Made by a program: the position numbers and the translations under genes. From NCBI GenBank assembly GCA_965202985.1, contig CBDBCF010000001.1, positions 320,001-384,000 on the forward strand: 64,000 nt of DNA. The letters are read 5' to 3'. The notes under the pieces were generated by a model. It saw nothing but the letters and a program-made list of their open reading frames with translations, was not told the origin of the DNA and made no database searches. Origin of the DNA: Longimicrobiales bacterium (GTDB lineage Bacteria; Gemmatimonadota; Gemmatimonadetes; Longimicrobiales; Gaopeijiaceae). Positions 28,275-39,700 of the stretch are shown piece by piece; positions within the stretch are counted from its first letter, which is position 1, and every line of letters begins with the position of its first letter.

Positions 28275-29992
28275 GCAACCGCTTCCGGACCTGCCTCACG
28301 ACGGGCCTCGCCGTGCACAAGGACGCCGACGCCCTGATCAAGGCCAACGCCGTGGCCGCCACCGTGGCCCTGCTGATCGGGGGAATCGCGGCTGTGCTCG
28401 TCCTGCTCACGCGCTGGCAGGCCGTGCATCTGCTGAACGACGTTTGGTTCTACCGGATCCTCACGGTGCACGGGATGAACATGCTGATCTTCTTCATCCT
28501 GTTCTTCGAGATGGCGATCCTCTACTTCGCGTCCGCCGTGCTGCTGAACTCGCGGGTTGCAACGCCGAAGGCCGGTTGGATCGCGTTTGGGCTCATGGTG
28601 GCGGGCGCTGCCATGGTCGAATGGACGATGCTCGCGGGCAAGGCCGACGTGCTGTTCACGTCCTACGTGCCGCTCAAGGCGCACTGGGCGTTCTACTTGG
28701 GCGTCATTCTGTTCGCGGTCGGCGCAATCGTGGTGACCACGATCTTCTTTGCGACGCTGGTCGTTGCCAAGCGGGAGAAGACGTACACCGGATCGGTGCC
28801 CCTGGTGACGTTCGGGGCCGTCACGGCAGCGATCATCGCGGCGATCACGCTGCTTCACGGCGCAGCGATCTACATCCCCACCTTCCTGTGGTCGCTGGGC
28901 CTCATGGACGTGGACGCGCAAGTGTACCGCCTGGTCTGGTGGGGACTGGGCCATTCGTCGCAGCAGATCAACGTGGCGGCCATGGTGGCGATATGGTACC
29001 TGCTGGGCGCGCTCACCGTCGGCGCCGTCGTAGTGAACGAGAAGATCAGCCGCACGGCCTTCGTCTTGTACATCCTGTTCATCTCCATGGCCTCGGCCCA
29101 CCACCTGCTCGTAGACCCCGGGTTCGGCCCGTCGTGGAAGGTCGTGAACACGTCGTACTTCATGTACATGGCCGTGCTGGCGTCGATGCTGCACGGATTC
29201 ACGGTGCCCGCCGGCATCGAGATGGGGATGCGCTTGCGCGGCTTCACGCAGGGAGTGTTCGGCTGGCTTCGGCGCGCGCCGTGGCACGACCCCGGCTTTT
29301 CGTCGCTCTGCCTTTCGGTCGTGGTGTTCGGGTTCGTGGGCGGCATCACCGGCGTGACGTTCGGCACCGAGCAGATCAACATCATCGCGCACAACACGCT
29401 CCGCATTCCCGGCCACTTTCACGCGACGGTGGTGAGCGGCACCGCCATGGCGTTCATGGGCGTCACCTACTACGTGATCCCGCTGATCTTCCGCAAGCGA
29501 GTCGCGTTCTACGGCATGGCGAAGTGGCAACCGTGGGTGTTCAGCGCGGGCATGCTGGTGTTCTCGATGGCGATGACGTTCGCCGGCACCTTCGGCGTGC
29601 CGCGTCGGCATTGGGACATCACGTTCTCGGGCGCTCCGTTCGGCGTGGAGTATTCTCCCGCGGTGGACTTGATGTTCGCCGTCATGGCGATCGGAGGCCT
29701 AGTGGCGGCCGTGGGCGGCGCCATGTACATCGTGGTCACCGTGACGTCGGTCTTCTTCGGCAAGCCGCTCGGAGACGAGACGACCGAAGCGGCGCTGGCA
29801 GGCGCCGTGCCGCCCGGCCTGTACACGCGACCCTTCACCGAACTCCCGTCCGAACCGGTCGAGCTCCGCGAGCACGGAAAGCTGGGGATGATGCCGGGCA
29901 CGATGATCCTCGTGGCCGTGTTCATGCTGGCGTTCGTGGTCTACTACTTCGTCAACTGGAAGCTGCTGTCGGCGATGTGGCAGATCGGGTGA
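28271..29992 (+). CDS. Heme-copper superfamily subunit I, B-family-derived, probable eNOR-type nitric oxide reductase
   Basis: TVHG, WWGLGHSSQQ (Gln at the cross-linked Tyr position), SAHHL, GHFHAT, GVPRR; GTGA overlap with subunit II. Confidence 0.85.
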   Translation: MSNRFRTCLTTGLAVHKDADALIKANAVAATVALLIGGIAAVLVLLTRWQAVHLLNDVWFYRILTVHGMNMLIFFILFFEMAILYFASAVLLNSRVATPKAGWIAFGLMVAGAAMVEWTMLAGKADVLFTSYVPLKAHWAFYLGVILFAVGAIVVTTIFFATLVVAKREKTYTGSVPLVTFGAVTAAIIAAITLLHGAAIYIPTFLWSLGLMDVDAQVYRLVWWGLGHSSQQINVAAMVAIWYLLGALTVGAVVVNEKISRTAFVLYILFISMASAHHLLVDPGFGPSWKVVNTSYFMYMAVLASMLHGFTVPAGIEMGMRLRGFTQGVFGWLRRAPWHDPGFSSLCLSVVVFGFVGGITGVTFGTEQINIIAHNTLRIPGHFHATVVSGTAMAFMGVTYYVIPLIFRKRVAFYGMAKWQPWVFSAGMLVFSMAMTFAGTFGVPRRHWDITFSGAPFGVEYSPAVDLMFAVMAIGGLVAAVGGAMYIVVTVTSVFFGKPLGDETTEAALAGAVPPGLYTRPFTELPSEPVELREHGKLGMMPGTMILVAVFMLAFVVYYFVNWKLLSAMWQIG

Positions 29993-30068
29993 GCCGAGCG
30001 CCGGCGGCGGGCAACCGAAGGCGGGGTTCGAGCGTGGTTGGGCCGCCCGCGGCGCGGGGCCGTCGTCT

Positions 30069-30989
30069 GTGGTGGAGCGGCGGTCGGTGATCGTGCGTCC
30101 GGAGGACCGCTGGCCCTTGGGGGCGGCCGGCTTCATCCTGGCCGTGTCCGCCGCGTGGTGGGGGTTCGCGCTCTTCTCGGTGCCCGGCGCCCCCGAGTGG
30201 ATGGAGCGCGCGCGGGCCGTCTGCTTCAACCTCGGCGAGAGCGGCCTGCCCGACGCCAAGGGTTGGTTGCTGCTGATCGGCCAGCCCCCGTCGATGCTCC
30301 TGGCTCTTTACGCCGGCTGGCGGGACCAAGTGCGCAGCACGCTCCGCCACTTGACCGACTCGCGTCTGGGGCGGCGCATCTTGGCGGGGTCGGCCGTGGC
30401 CGCGCTGTCGTTTCTGGCCATTGCCGCGGCCCAAGTCGTCAGCCTTCGCCTTCCGCCGGCGACGCTGGCCGCCGACTTCGGCGCGAACGCCGGCGAGCCG
30501 CTGCCCGAGACCTATCCTCGCATCGACCGACCCTGGCCCGGCACGACAGGCCTCGTGGACCAGCACGGAAACCCGTTCGCGCTGGAGAGCCTGGACGGCC
30601 GCCGCTCCTTTGTCGCCTTCGCGTTCGGCCACTGCACCACGATCTGCCCCGTAGTCGTGCGCAACTCGTTGCAAGCGCGACAGGCCGCGTCGCACGACAT
30701 GTCGGTCGTGGCGCTCACCCTGGACCCGTGGCGCGACACGCCCAGCCGGCTCCCCTCTCTAGCGGAGCGCTACGGCCTGGACCCCGCCCGCGATTTCCTG
30801 GTCGGCGGCAGCCCCGAAGCCGTAACGGCCGCCCTCGAGGCGTTCAACATGGCCCACCGCCGCGACCCCCGGACAGGCGACATCATTCACCCCTCCCTGG
30901 TCTATCTGGCCGAAGCGGACGGCACGCTGGCCTACGCCTCCACCGGCTCAACGACCCACTTGGTGCAGTTGGCGGCTCGGCTGCAGTAG
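30069..30989 (+). CDS. SCO family copper chaperone with N-terminal TM extension
   Basis: FGHCTTICP (CxxxC), TLDPWRDTP, IIHPS. Confidence 0.88.
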   Translation: MVERRSVIVRPEDRWPLGAAGFILAVSAAWWGFALFSVPGAPEWMERARAVCFNLGESGLPDAKGWLLLIGQPPSMLLALYAGWRDQVRSTLRHLTDSRLGRRILAGSAVAALSFLAIAAAQVVSLRLPPATLAADFGANAGEPLPETYPRIDRPWPGTTGLVDQHGNPFALESLDGRRSFVAFAFGHCTTICPVVVRNSLQARQAASHDMSVVALTLDPWRDTPSRLPSLAERYGLDPARDFLVGGSPEAVTAALEAFNMAHRRDPRTGDIIHPSLVYLAEADGTLAYASTGSTTHLVQLAARLQ

Positions 30990-31055
30990 CGGGAGCGACT
31001 GCACTGGCGGCCGCGGACCCGTTAGCGGCCCCCCCGTGAGATCTCGCGGCACGCC

Positions 31056-31707
31056 TCAGTCGGGCGCAGTGAGATGAACAACCCGTTGTTCTTCCGGACG
31101 GATCGACGGCCGGAACCGGTGCTCGCTTTTCCGCAGCCCATCCGCATAGCCGTGGCCATCGTCGTCGTAGAAGTTCCGCAACACGAAGTCCATGAACAGG
31201 TGGGGCGTCAACGGAGCGGAGACGGGAATCCGGCAACCTCGATACTGCCCCAGCGTCATGTGGCACTTCGGGTGCGCGAAGGGAAGCTCTCGCCCGTTGG
31301 CATTGTAATCAATCCTCAACGGTAGTGGGGCCAAGCGACGCCCTACGATGTGAACGTGACGTTCGTCTCGGAGGTAGTCTTCCGGTGCATTCTGGAATTC
31401 GTCCAAGTCCGGTGCCGGCAGGAACGCCAATCGGTGACGGAGCAAACGGCGTTGCTCGAACTGATACCATCGCGCCGTCGAGCATCATTGCATTATAGGC
31501 CCTCATGGCAGCCATGTGTTTGTAGCTTCCAGCGTATTCCTTCATGCTCATCGCCCTGGCGATATGCTCGTGTCCTCCAAAGGAAACTGATGAGATCGAC
31601 CGCACGCGCTTTTGGGTTGGCCACTGCTGGGATCGGACAAGGCCCATCTCCATTAGACGGATCGTTATGCTCCGGATCTCGGCCACAACGCGATCAAGGC
31701 CCGTCAC
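31056..31707 (-). pseudogene. DUF2290-family protein, frameshifted near 31465
   Basis: N-part ...YNAMMLDGAM and C-part YQFEQRRLLRHRLAFLP...LRIDY...HPKCHMTLG...CRIPVSAPLTP..F..F.LRNFY lie in different frames; start overlaps the helicase stop. Confidence 0.75.
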
Positions 31708-32694
31708 GTCCTCGGTTTTCGCTCCCTGACAGCAAGTAGTCGTTCCAGTGCCGGGCGAAGATCTTCGACATCTTCTAGATACACTTCGCCTGCGTCAAGA
31801 TTGTCGCCAAACCGTCTCACAGCGCTTCGGAATTCCTTTACCACATCGGCACCCTCGCGAGACATATCCCGATGAACCACACGCATTCGATCCAGCTCCG
31901 CCTTGGTCGGATACCTGAATTTCAACCTGTATTCGTTCGCTTTTAATTGTGCATGTTCCTGAGACAGCTTCCGCATGTCTTCGCCTATGCCTGCCACGCG
32001 TACCCAGGCCTTGCTTCTCGTGATCGCAGAGAATAGCATATTTCGCAACCGAGCCAAGCCGAAATCAGCCGAGTAGCAATCCTGAGCATTGACAACGTAT
32101 ACCATCCCAAATTCGTTGCCCTTGGCTCGATAGATTCCCGTAAACATCACAGAATCAGGACGTCGGAACTCATCTGCTTCTGTACTCACCCCTGCCAAGT
32201 GGCTTTGTATTCCCTTCTCCATAAGTCGAGCTCGCATTGGTCCAGTGGCCTTGGGAGTGGACAATGGATCGAGGTTGATGACTACAATGTCATCAGGAGT
32301 CAAGTCATCTTGGTCGAGGTTCTTTTCGATTTCCCTCACTAACCACTCGGTCTGCATATCTTCTTTGTCGAAATCCGCAAATACCACGAGATCATCTGTC
32401 TTAGAGTGTTCCTCAAGAAACGCGGGACTCGTGGCTTCGGTGCGTTCGAATGCAATAAACTCGCCATGGCGGATTGAACCGGACGATTGATAGCCGACGT
32501 CGCGCCACATCGCAGAGTCGTCGAACATTTGTACGATGCCGGTCGTGTCGCTCTGGATGTGCTCTCGGTGGATGCCGAAACCGAGTGCATGCGCCGTCGC
32601 TAGAATCGGTCGCGGATTCCTGTAACACTTCTTCAAGATGACGTCGCTGTCGGGCGATTCGTGCCTCCAGCGTACGCTTGGCCCAAACATTTCC

Positions 32695-34088
32695 GGCGCT
32701 TCCCCATATGGTGTGGGCTGTGTAGGATCAAGGGGCGACATGGACCATGAACCGAGGAGGCGAGGATGGAGATGCGGAAGTGGGTGGAGAGCTTGATGGC
32801 GTTGGGGCCGGGCTGGGAGGTGAAGGGGGTCGAGGAGGACCCGGTGCTGATGGAGGCGCGGGTGCGCGTGGCGAGGCGGACGGGCGAGCCGTTGACGTGT
32901 CCCGAGTGCGGCCGGCCGTGTCCGGGATACGACGCTCGGGAGCGGGAGTGGCGGCACCTGGACGCTTGGGGCTACAAGACGTTCGTGGTCTGCGACCTGC
33001 CTCGGGTCGAGTGTCCGGAGCACGGGGTGCGGACGGCATCGATGCCCTGGGCGGCGGACAAGTCGAGGTACACGGCGGCGTTCGAGGAGGAGGTGACGGC
33101 GTGGCTCGGCGAGGCCAGCATCCTGGGGGTGTCGAAGCGCATGAGGATGAGCTGGAACGCTGTGAGCGGCATCATGGAGCGGGCGGTGCGCCGGGGGCTC
33201 GAGCGCCGGAAGGCGGAGCCGGTCCGGCGGCTGGCGGTGGACGAGACGTCGGTCAAGCGCGGACACCGGTACGCGACGATCGTGTCGGACACGGACACGG
33301 GGCGCGTGCTGCACGTGGCGAAGGGTCGGACCCGAGAGTCGCTGGCGCAGTTCTACCGGAGCAGGGACGGCGGCTGGCTGGCCGGGTTGGAGAGCGTGTC
33401 GATGGACATGTGGGGTCCCTACGTGGCGGCGACGGGGGAGTGGGTGCCGGGCGCGGAGCTGAAGACGGCGTTCGACCGCTTCCACGTGGCCAAGCACCTG
33501 GCGGACGCGGTGGACAAGGTGCGGCGCGCCGAGCACCGCGAGCTGCTGGCGCAGGGCAGCGCCGTGCTCGCGAGGACGCGCTACCGGTGGCTGACTGGAC
33601 GCGGCAAGATGAGTCACGCCGAGAAGCTGGCGTTCGCGGCGCTGCGCAAGAACGTGGACCGGACCGCCCGCGCCTGGGCGGTGAAGGAGGCGGCATCGAA
33701 GCTGTGGGACTACAAGCTCCGGGGCTCGGCCGAGAACGCCTGGCTGCACTGGCTGCAATGGGCGTCGGGCTGCGGGCTCGCGCCCGTTCACAAGGTCGCC
33801 GAGATGGTCGGCGCCCACCTGTGGGGCATACTCAACGCCGTCGTGCTGCGAGCGACCAACGGCCCGGCCGAGAGCATCAACAGCAGGATCCAGATGGTCA
33901 AGGCCCGCAGCCGCGGCTTCCGCAACTACGACCGCTTCGTCACCGCCATCCTCTTCCACCTCGGCGGCCTCGACCTCTCGCCCCGCACCGCCCGCCGGTG
34001 ACCCCGTAGACCCCTCGTCCCGCCTTCCTCGACAAGCGATGCTCAGCACCCTGCCCAACCGCGAACCCACTAGGTTAAGCGAAGAGCC
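32695..34088 (+). mobile_element. ISL3-family insertion sequence (1394 bp) with 8-bp target-site duplication
   Basis: TSD ACATTTCC at 32687-32694 and 34089-34096; imperfect terminal IRs GGCGCTTC...GTGGG / GGCTCTTC...GTGGG; GC much higher than the host gene. Confidence 0.95.
32766..34001 (+). CDS. ISL3 family transposase
   Basis: CPECG zinc finger, WRHLD, CPEHG, AVDETS, SMDMW, FDRFHV, TNGPAESINSRIQ, SRGFRN. Confidence 0.95.
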   Translation: MEMRKWVESLMALGPGWEVKGVEEDPVLMEARVRVARRTGEPLTCPECGRPCPGYDAREREWRHLDAWGYKTFVVCDLPRVECPEHGVRTASMPWAADKSRYTAAFEEEVTAWLGEASILGVSKRMRMSWNAVSGIMERAVRRGLERRKAEPVRRLAVDETSVKRGHRYATIVSDTDTGRVLHVAKGRTRESLAQFYRSRDGGWLAGLESVSMDMWGPYVAATGEWVPGAELKTAFDRFHVAKHLADAVDKVRRAEHRELLAQGSAVLARTRYRWLTGRGKMSHAEKLAFAALRKNVDRTARAWAVKEAASKLWDYKLRGSAENAWLHWLQWASGCGLAPVHKVAEMVGAHLWGILNAVVLRATNGPAESINSRIQMVKARSRGFRNYDRFVTAILFHLGGLDLSPRTARR

Positions 34089-35469
34089 ACATTTCCTTGG
34101 GCCCCGGCAAGGATCGCTTGCCCAGGTTCTGGAGCTCGTCGTAAGCGTAGACCAGGTGTTTTTGCTCCTTGAGAGATCGGTAGCACAGCAACAAGAAGTC
34201 CGTGGGAAGGTCTTGGGCTTCATCGACGAGAATCGCATCGTAGTGCTCGACTGGCTTCTTGACATCTTCAAGGGCGGCGCGGCAAGCACCTGCGAATGCA
34301 TTGGACCGTCCAAATGAGCTTCTGGCAGCCCGGTAATCGCGATACTCGACGTCGTTCCTGGCGCAAAACTCATGATATATACCGTTGCGCTCCCCGCCAC
34401 CGGAACCGCCCCAAGCGCTGGTGATCCATAGTTGATCCCAGTTCGGTAGATTGCTGGTCTTGGAATAGTACGATCTCTCGATAAGGTGCCGAAAGAAGTC
34501 CTTGAGCGCGCGCGTCTGGAACGTTACGGCGATGCGCCAGTCTGGATGCATCGCATGAAGGTATGCCGCTTTTTGAGCCAGGACGATCGACTTGCCGGAA
34601 CCTGCTAGGCCCCTGATTCTCTGAATGCCGTCGGCGGTTCGAATCACAGCCCTCGCCTGATTGGTGTCCAACGTCGCCATAGCGTCTTCAAGCTTTCGCA
34701 GCTTGGCCCCTCGGGATCCTGCAGACACGGCTGGCCTCGGTCGGCGAGGCTTTCGAATCGTCGACATGGAATCAAGGACGGACAGTGCGATAGGAAGCGC
34801 CTCTTGATCCCACTCAGAGTCGGCCAAGGCATCCAGACGTATAGACAATGTCTGCGCATTCTCGATTGGGTAGTCATCATCGGTCGGCGGGCTTGCGACT
34901 GCGGGGGCAAACGACAGAGCGTGCACGGGAACGCGCAACTCTCGTCGCCCATTAGCACGCCGCACCAACGGCTGATGGCTCCTCAGCTTGTATTCGATCG
35001 CGTTGGCAAAGCTGTCCTGGCGGCCTTGATAACCTGAGAGCTCGCCCGTCTCAATCAGATCGAATGCCAGCAATCCGTGGACCTTGGATGCCAAGAGGGC
35101 ATCGATACGGCAAGAGCCGTCGGCAGTGCCGATCGGAGGATAGCCGATGTACAGCCTGTCGGAAGGGGACGGGCGCTTGCCGGGGTGGCTGGTCCACGAC
35201 CGGACGAACTCCTCGAGTGCGTGGCTGGCACCGGGTTTGTCGTTGGTGCCTCGGATGATGTCGATGTCCACAAGGTGTTCCCTGGATACTGTGTGAACTG
35301 AATGCGGTCTGGCAACAAGCCGAATGTTGGCACATTGTGGACCGCTAGCCAAGTCCTTGGCCATTCCCGACAGGCCCTGGCCGTCGTATCTTTCGTAGCA
35401 TCGTACCGTCCTTCACAGGTTCTCCCACCCCGACGCTGCCCCCGTCGCCCGTCCGCCACCCGCACCCCC

Positions 35470-36252
35470 TTGGCCGCTCTCGCCCGCCTGAAGCCTAGTC
35501 CCGCCCTGCTCCGCGCCGGGTTCCGATTCGGCCCCCGCGGAACCCAGTCGAGCCGCAACACGATGCTGGGCGAGCTGTCCGCCCTGCTTGAAGCGCTGCC
35601 GCCCGACGCCGGCCGGGAGGACTACGCCAATGCCGTGGTCGACGAGAACGTCTTGGGCAAGCCGACGCTGGCCGCACGGCGGAGCGTTCGCCAACGTCTG
35701 TCGGAGTTGTACGGCCTAGACCCGAGCCTGGGGCTGTTTCGCGTGCTGCGGCGGCTGTGGGACGCGGACTCGACGGGACGGCCGCTCCTGGCCATGCTCT
35801 GCGCACTGGCCCGCGACCCGCTGCTCCGCTCGACCGCGCCTCCGGTGCTGGATTTGGCCCAGGGCGAGACGCTGGAGCGAGGGGCGTTCGCCGCGCACGT
35901 TCGCCAAGTCGCCGGTTCGCGGTTCAACGACGCGGTGCTGGCCAAGGTGGCCGCGAACGCGACCCGCTCCTGGCGGATGTCGGGGCACTTGGGCGGACGG
36001 GCGGGCCGCTGGTCCAGGCAAGCCGTCCGGCCCACGCCGGGCGTCGCGGCGTTCGCCTTGTGGATGGGTCAGACCGAGGGGCTGGCGGGGCTGTCCTTGC
36101 TGGAGTGCAGGTGGGCGCCGGTGCTGGACGCGCGGGGCAAGGCTATGCTTGTATGGGCGGTGGAGGCGGGAAGACAGGGGCTGATTCACGTTCGAGCGGC
36201 AGGAGACGTCGTGGAGATCGACACCGCGAAGCTGGACCCGTACGCGCCGTGA
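35470..36252 (+). CDS. brxA: BREX protein BrxA-like (start uncertain, 35470-35563)
   Basis: GFRFGPRGTQSSR.TML..L, DENVLGKPT, RLSELYGLD, LARDPLLR; first gene of the BREX operon. Confidence 0.7.
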   Translation: MAALARLKPSPALLRAGFRFGPRGTQSSRNTMLGELSALLEALPPDAGREDYANAVVDENVLGKPTLAARRSVRQRLSELYGLDPSLGLFRVLRRLWDADSTGRPLLAMLCALARDPLLRSTAPPVLDLAQGETLERGAFAAHVRQVAGSRFNDAVLAKVAANATRSWRMSGHLGGRAGRWSRQAVRPTPGVAAFALWMGQTEGLAGLSLLECRWAPVLDARGKAMLVWAVEAGRQGLIHVRAAGDVVEIDTAKLDPYAP

Positions 36253-36797
36253 GCAAGGTTCGCGACTTGGCCGCGGCCTACAAGCGGCACGTGAGCGCGC
36301 CATGGCCGCGCACTCTGGCGGGGGCCCAGCGGGTCATGATGATCGTGTACCCCAAGGACCGAGAGCGGGCGCTGCGAGCCGTCATCGGCGAGTTCAAGCA
36401 GGCCACGTTGGGCGCGGACTGCGAGTGGCGTCTGGTCGATTGCAGCGGATGGTTCGCCGATTGGATGGCCGGGCACGAGTACCGGGAATCGTACTTCGAG
36501 GAACCGGAGCTGCTGGACGGCGTGCTGGACCAGGAGTTCCGCGGCACCGCGTCGGCTCGTCTGGAACGCGCCTTGAAGGGCGCCGGCGAGAGGACGGTCG
36601 TCGGGCTTGTCGGCGTGGCGTCGCTGTACGGGTTCGTGCGGGTGTCGAAGCTGATCCACGACATCGAGCGGTCGATCGAGGGGCGCTTGGCGATCTTCTT
36701 TCCCGGCAGCAAGGACGGGAACAACTATCGCCTCCTGGACGCTCGGGACGGCTGGAACTACCTGGCCCAGCCGATCACTCTGGAGAGATGGCCATGA
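36249..36797 (+). CDS. brxB: BREX protein BrxB (DUF1788-like)
   Basis: YRESYFEEPE, VASLYGF, GRLAIFFPG, NYRLLDARDGWNYLA; GTGA overlap with brxA. Confidence 0.85.
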   Translation: MSKVRDLAAAYKRHVSAPWPRTLAGAQRVMMIVYPKDRERALRAVIGEFKQATLGADCEWRLVDCSGWFADWMAGHEYRESYFEEPELLDGVLDQEFRGTASARLERALKGAGERTVVGLVGVASLYGFVRVSKLIHDIERSIEGRLAIFFPGSKDGNNYRLLDARDGWNYLAQPITLERWP

Positions 36798-39700
36798 GCT
36801 CCCCAAGGATATTCGAGCTGATGGAACGCGATCCGCGCTCCGAACAGCTGGCCAACAACGGTCAAGCGCGAATCGCGGGCGACAGCGCCGACGAGCAAGG
36901 CGAGCTTCGAGCCGAACTGGAGTCCTTCGTGTGCTGCGGCCAGTTCGCCGACGCATTCGACAGGGTCTTGAACCGCTACCTCGGCAACTTGGACGCCGCG
37001 TCCCGGCAAGACTCGGTGTGGGTGAGCGGCTTCTTCGGCAGCGGCAAGTCCCACCTGCTGAAGATGCTGGCGCACCTTTGGGCGAACACGCGCTTCGAGG
37101 ACGGCGCGGCGGCCCGGACGCTGGTGCCGGGCGGGCTGCCGTCGCACATCGAGGAGCATCTTCGAGAGCTCGAAGTGCAGGCCAAGCGAGCCGGCGGCCC
37201 GACCGTCGCCGCTGCCGGAACCATGCTGAGCGGCACCATAGACCAGGTTCGGTTGGCGGTCCTGGGCATCATCCTGCAAGCCCGCGGACTGCCCGAAGAC
37301 CACGCACAAGCCCGGTTCTGCCTTTGGTTGCGGAACGAGGGGTTGCTGGACCAAGTGCGGAGCACCGTCGAGGACGCCGGCAAGGACTGGCGGCGCGAAC
37401 TCGCCAACCTCTACGTGAGCCCGGTCCTGGCGGACGCCGTGACGAAGGCGCGTCCCGACTTTGCTGCGGACGCGAAGGCGGCCAGGCAGTTGTTGCGCGC
37501 ACAGTTCCCACGCCCCACGGGCGACATCGGGACGACCGAGTTCGTGGACACGGCCAAGCAAGCGCTCGCGGATCCCGGCGGCCAAGTTCCGCTCACGATC
37601 CTCGTGCTAGACGAAGTGCAGCAGTACATCGGCGACTCCAGCGACCGCGCCGCAACCATCACCGAGGTCGCAGAAGCCGTCCAGACCCAGTTTGCGGGCC
37701 GGTTGCTGCTCGTGGCGGCGGGCCAGTCCGCGCTCGAGGGACATCCGTCGCTCCAATGGCTCCGGGACCGCTTCCGAATCACGGTCCAGCTCTCCGACGC
37801 CGAAGTGCAACAGGTCACCCGCGAGGTGCTGTTGCGCAAGAGACCCAGCGCCGCCGCACCGATCGAGCGCATGTTCGAGGAGCACGCCGGCGAAGTGTCG
37901 CGCCAGCTGCAGGGCACCAAGCTCGGCGTTCCGAGCGAGGACCCGAACACGGACGTGGCCGACTACCCCTTGCTCCAAACCCGCCGCCGGTTCTGGGAAG
38001 CCTGCTTCCGAGCCGTCGCAGGCACGCACAGCCAGCTTCGTTCCCAACTGCGCATCCTTCACGATTCCTTGCAGCAGGTCGCCGACCGGGGCCTGGGGGC
38101 GGTCATTCCCGCAAGCGACCTGTTCGGCGCCCTGACGACCGACTTGGTCAACTCGGGCGTGCTGCTCAACGAGATCGCCACTCGCATCGCCGAACTCGAC
38201 GACGGTACGGACGAAGGCGTGCTTCGGCGGAACTTGTGCGGGGTCGCCTTCCTGATCGGCAAGCTGCCCCGCGAGGGCGCAGTGGACCTGGGAGTCCGCG
38301 CCGACGCGCGCACGCTGGCCGACCTGCTCGTCGACAACATCGCCAAGGACTCCGGCCTCTTCCGCAAGCGCGTGCAGGAAGCCTTGGACGAGATGGCGCA
38401 ACAAGGCACGTTGATGAAGGTCGGCGGCGAGTACCGCATCCAAACCACCATCGGCGCCGAATGGGACCGCGCCTTCCGGGAGCGGCGCAACGCACTGGAC
38501 CGAGACGAAGAGCATATTGCGCTGACGCGCCATCGTCTGTTGGCCGGAGCCGTCGGCGACATCGTCTCGAAGATTCGCTTGTCGCACGGCAAGTCCAAGA
38601 CCAACCGCACCCTTGCGCTGCACGTCGAGACGCTGAGCGAAGACGCGCTCGGCGGCGCCACCGTGCCGGTCCTGCTCCGGGACGAGTGGTCGTGCAGCGG
38701 ACGCGACGCGGAGAGCGAGGCCCGCAGCCGCGGCACGGAGGACCCGGTCCTGCACGTCTTCCTGCCCAAGGGTAACGCTGGCGACCTGCGCCGTCGCATC
38801 GTCGAAGCCGAGTCGGCCCGGCAGGTCCTGGACGAGAAGGGCCACCAGTCCTCGGCGGAAGGTCGTGAAGCGCAGGGCGCCATGAAGAGCCGTCGCGACG
38901 AGGCGAAGGCCGGGCGCGACCGCATCGTGGAAGTGGTGCTGATGACTGCCCGCGTGCTCCAAGGCGGCGGAACCGAGGTCTTCGCCGGGGGCGACCTGAA
39001 GGCCAAGATCGAACACGGCGCGAACGCGTCGCTGGCTCGGTTGTTTCCCCGCTTCCCGGAGGCCGACCACCGGGCCTGGGGCGTTGCCCTGAAGCGGGCG
39101 CAGGACGGCTCCGACACGCCGTTCGAGGCCGTGGACTGGGACGGTCCGCTGTCCGATCATCCGGTGGCCAAGGATGTGCTCGCCACGGTCGCGACGGGCA
39201 AGCGCGGCAACGAGGTCCGCAAGGCGCTGGCGCAGCCCCCGTTCGGTTGGCCCCGAGACGCCGTGGACGCGGCTTTGGTCGCGCTTCACGGTCTCGGTCA
39301 GCTGGCGGCCACCCGCAACGGTGCGCCCGTGCGACGCCTGGACCAGACGGCGATCGCAACGACCGTCTTCCGCCCCGAGACGGTCGTCCTGGACGTCGGC
39401 CAGCGGATTGCGCTGCGGGGACTCTTCCAGAAGGCGGGCGGGACGCCGCCGAGGCCCGGTGAAGAGGGCGCGGCCGCCCGGCAGTTCATCGACACCATGC
39501 GGACGCTGGCCGCGAAGGCCGGAGGCGACGTGCCGTTGCCTGCCCCGCCCGACACCGCGTTGCTGGACGACCTGGGGCGACTGGACGGCAACGAGCAGCT
39601 GGCCGCGATCTTCGACGCGGAGGAGAAGCTGGCTGGGGCCATCGAGCTGTGGAAGGACTTGGGCAAGCGCGCCGAGGCTCGGCGGCCCACTTGGGAGATG

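Larger units (their letters stand above)
31704..35271 (-). pseudogene. SF1 (UvrD-like) helicase of a Helicase-DUF2290 defence pair, interrupted by ISL3
   Basis: RGLAGSGKS, ILVDEAQD, CYRN, RAKGNEF, SAITRSK motifs; removing the IS and one target copy restores PGPKEMFGPSV in frame. Confidence 0.88.

Noticed and set aside
28271..29992. Canonical aa3/ba3/cbb3 oxygen reductase
   Set aside because: Helix VI Tyr is absent (HSSQQ), and the CuA subunit II argues against cbb3
31704..34400. 898-aa minus-strand ORF as a helicase-IS fusion protein
   Set aside because: It is the transposase antisense shadow running into the helicase C-half; IS plus TSD is 1402 bp, so the N-half is out of frame with it
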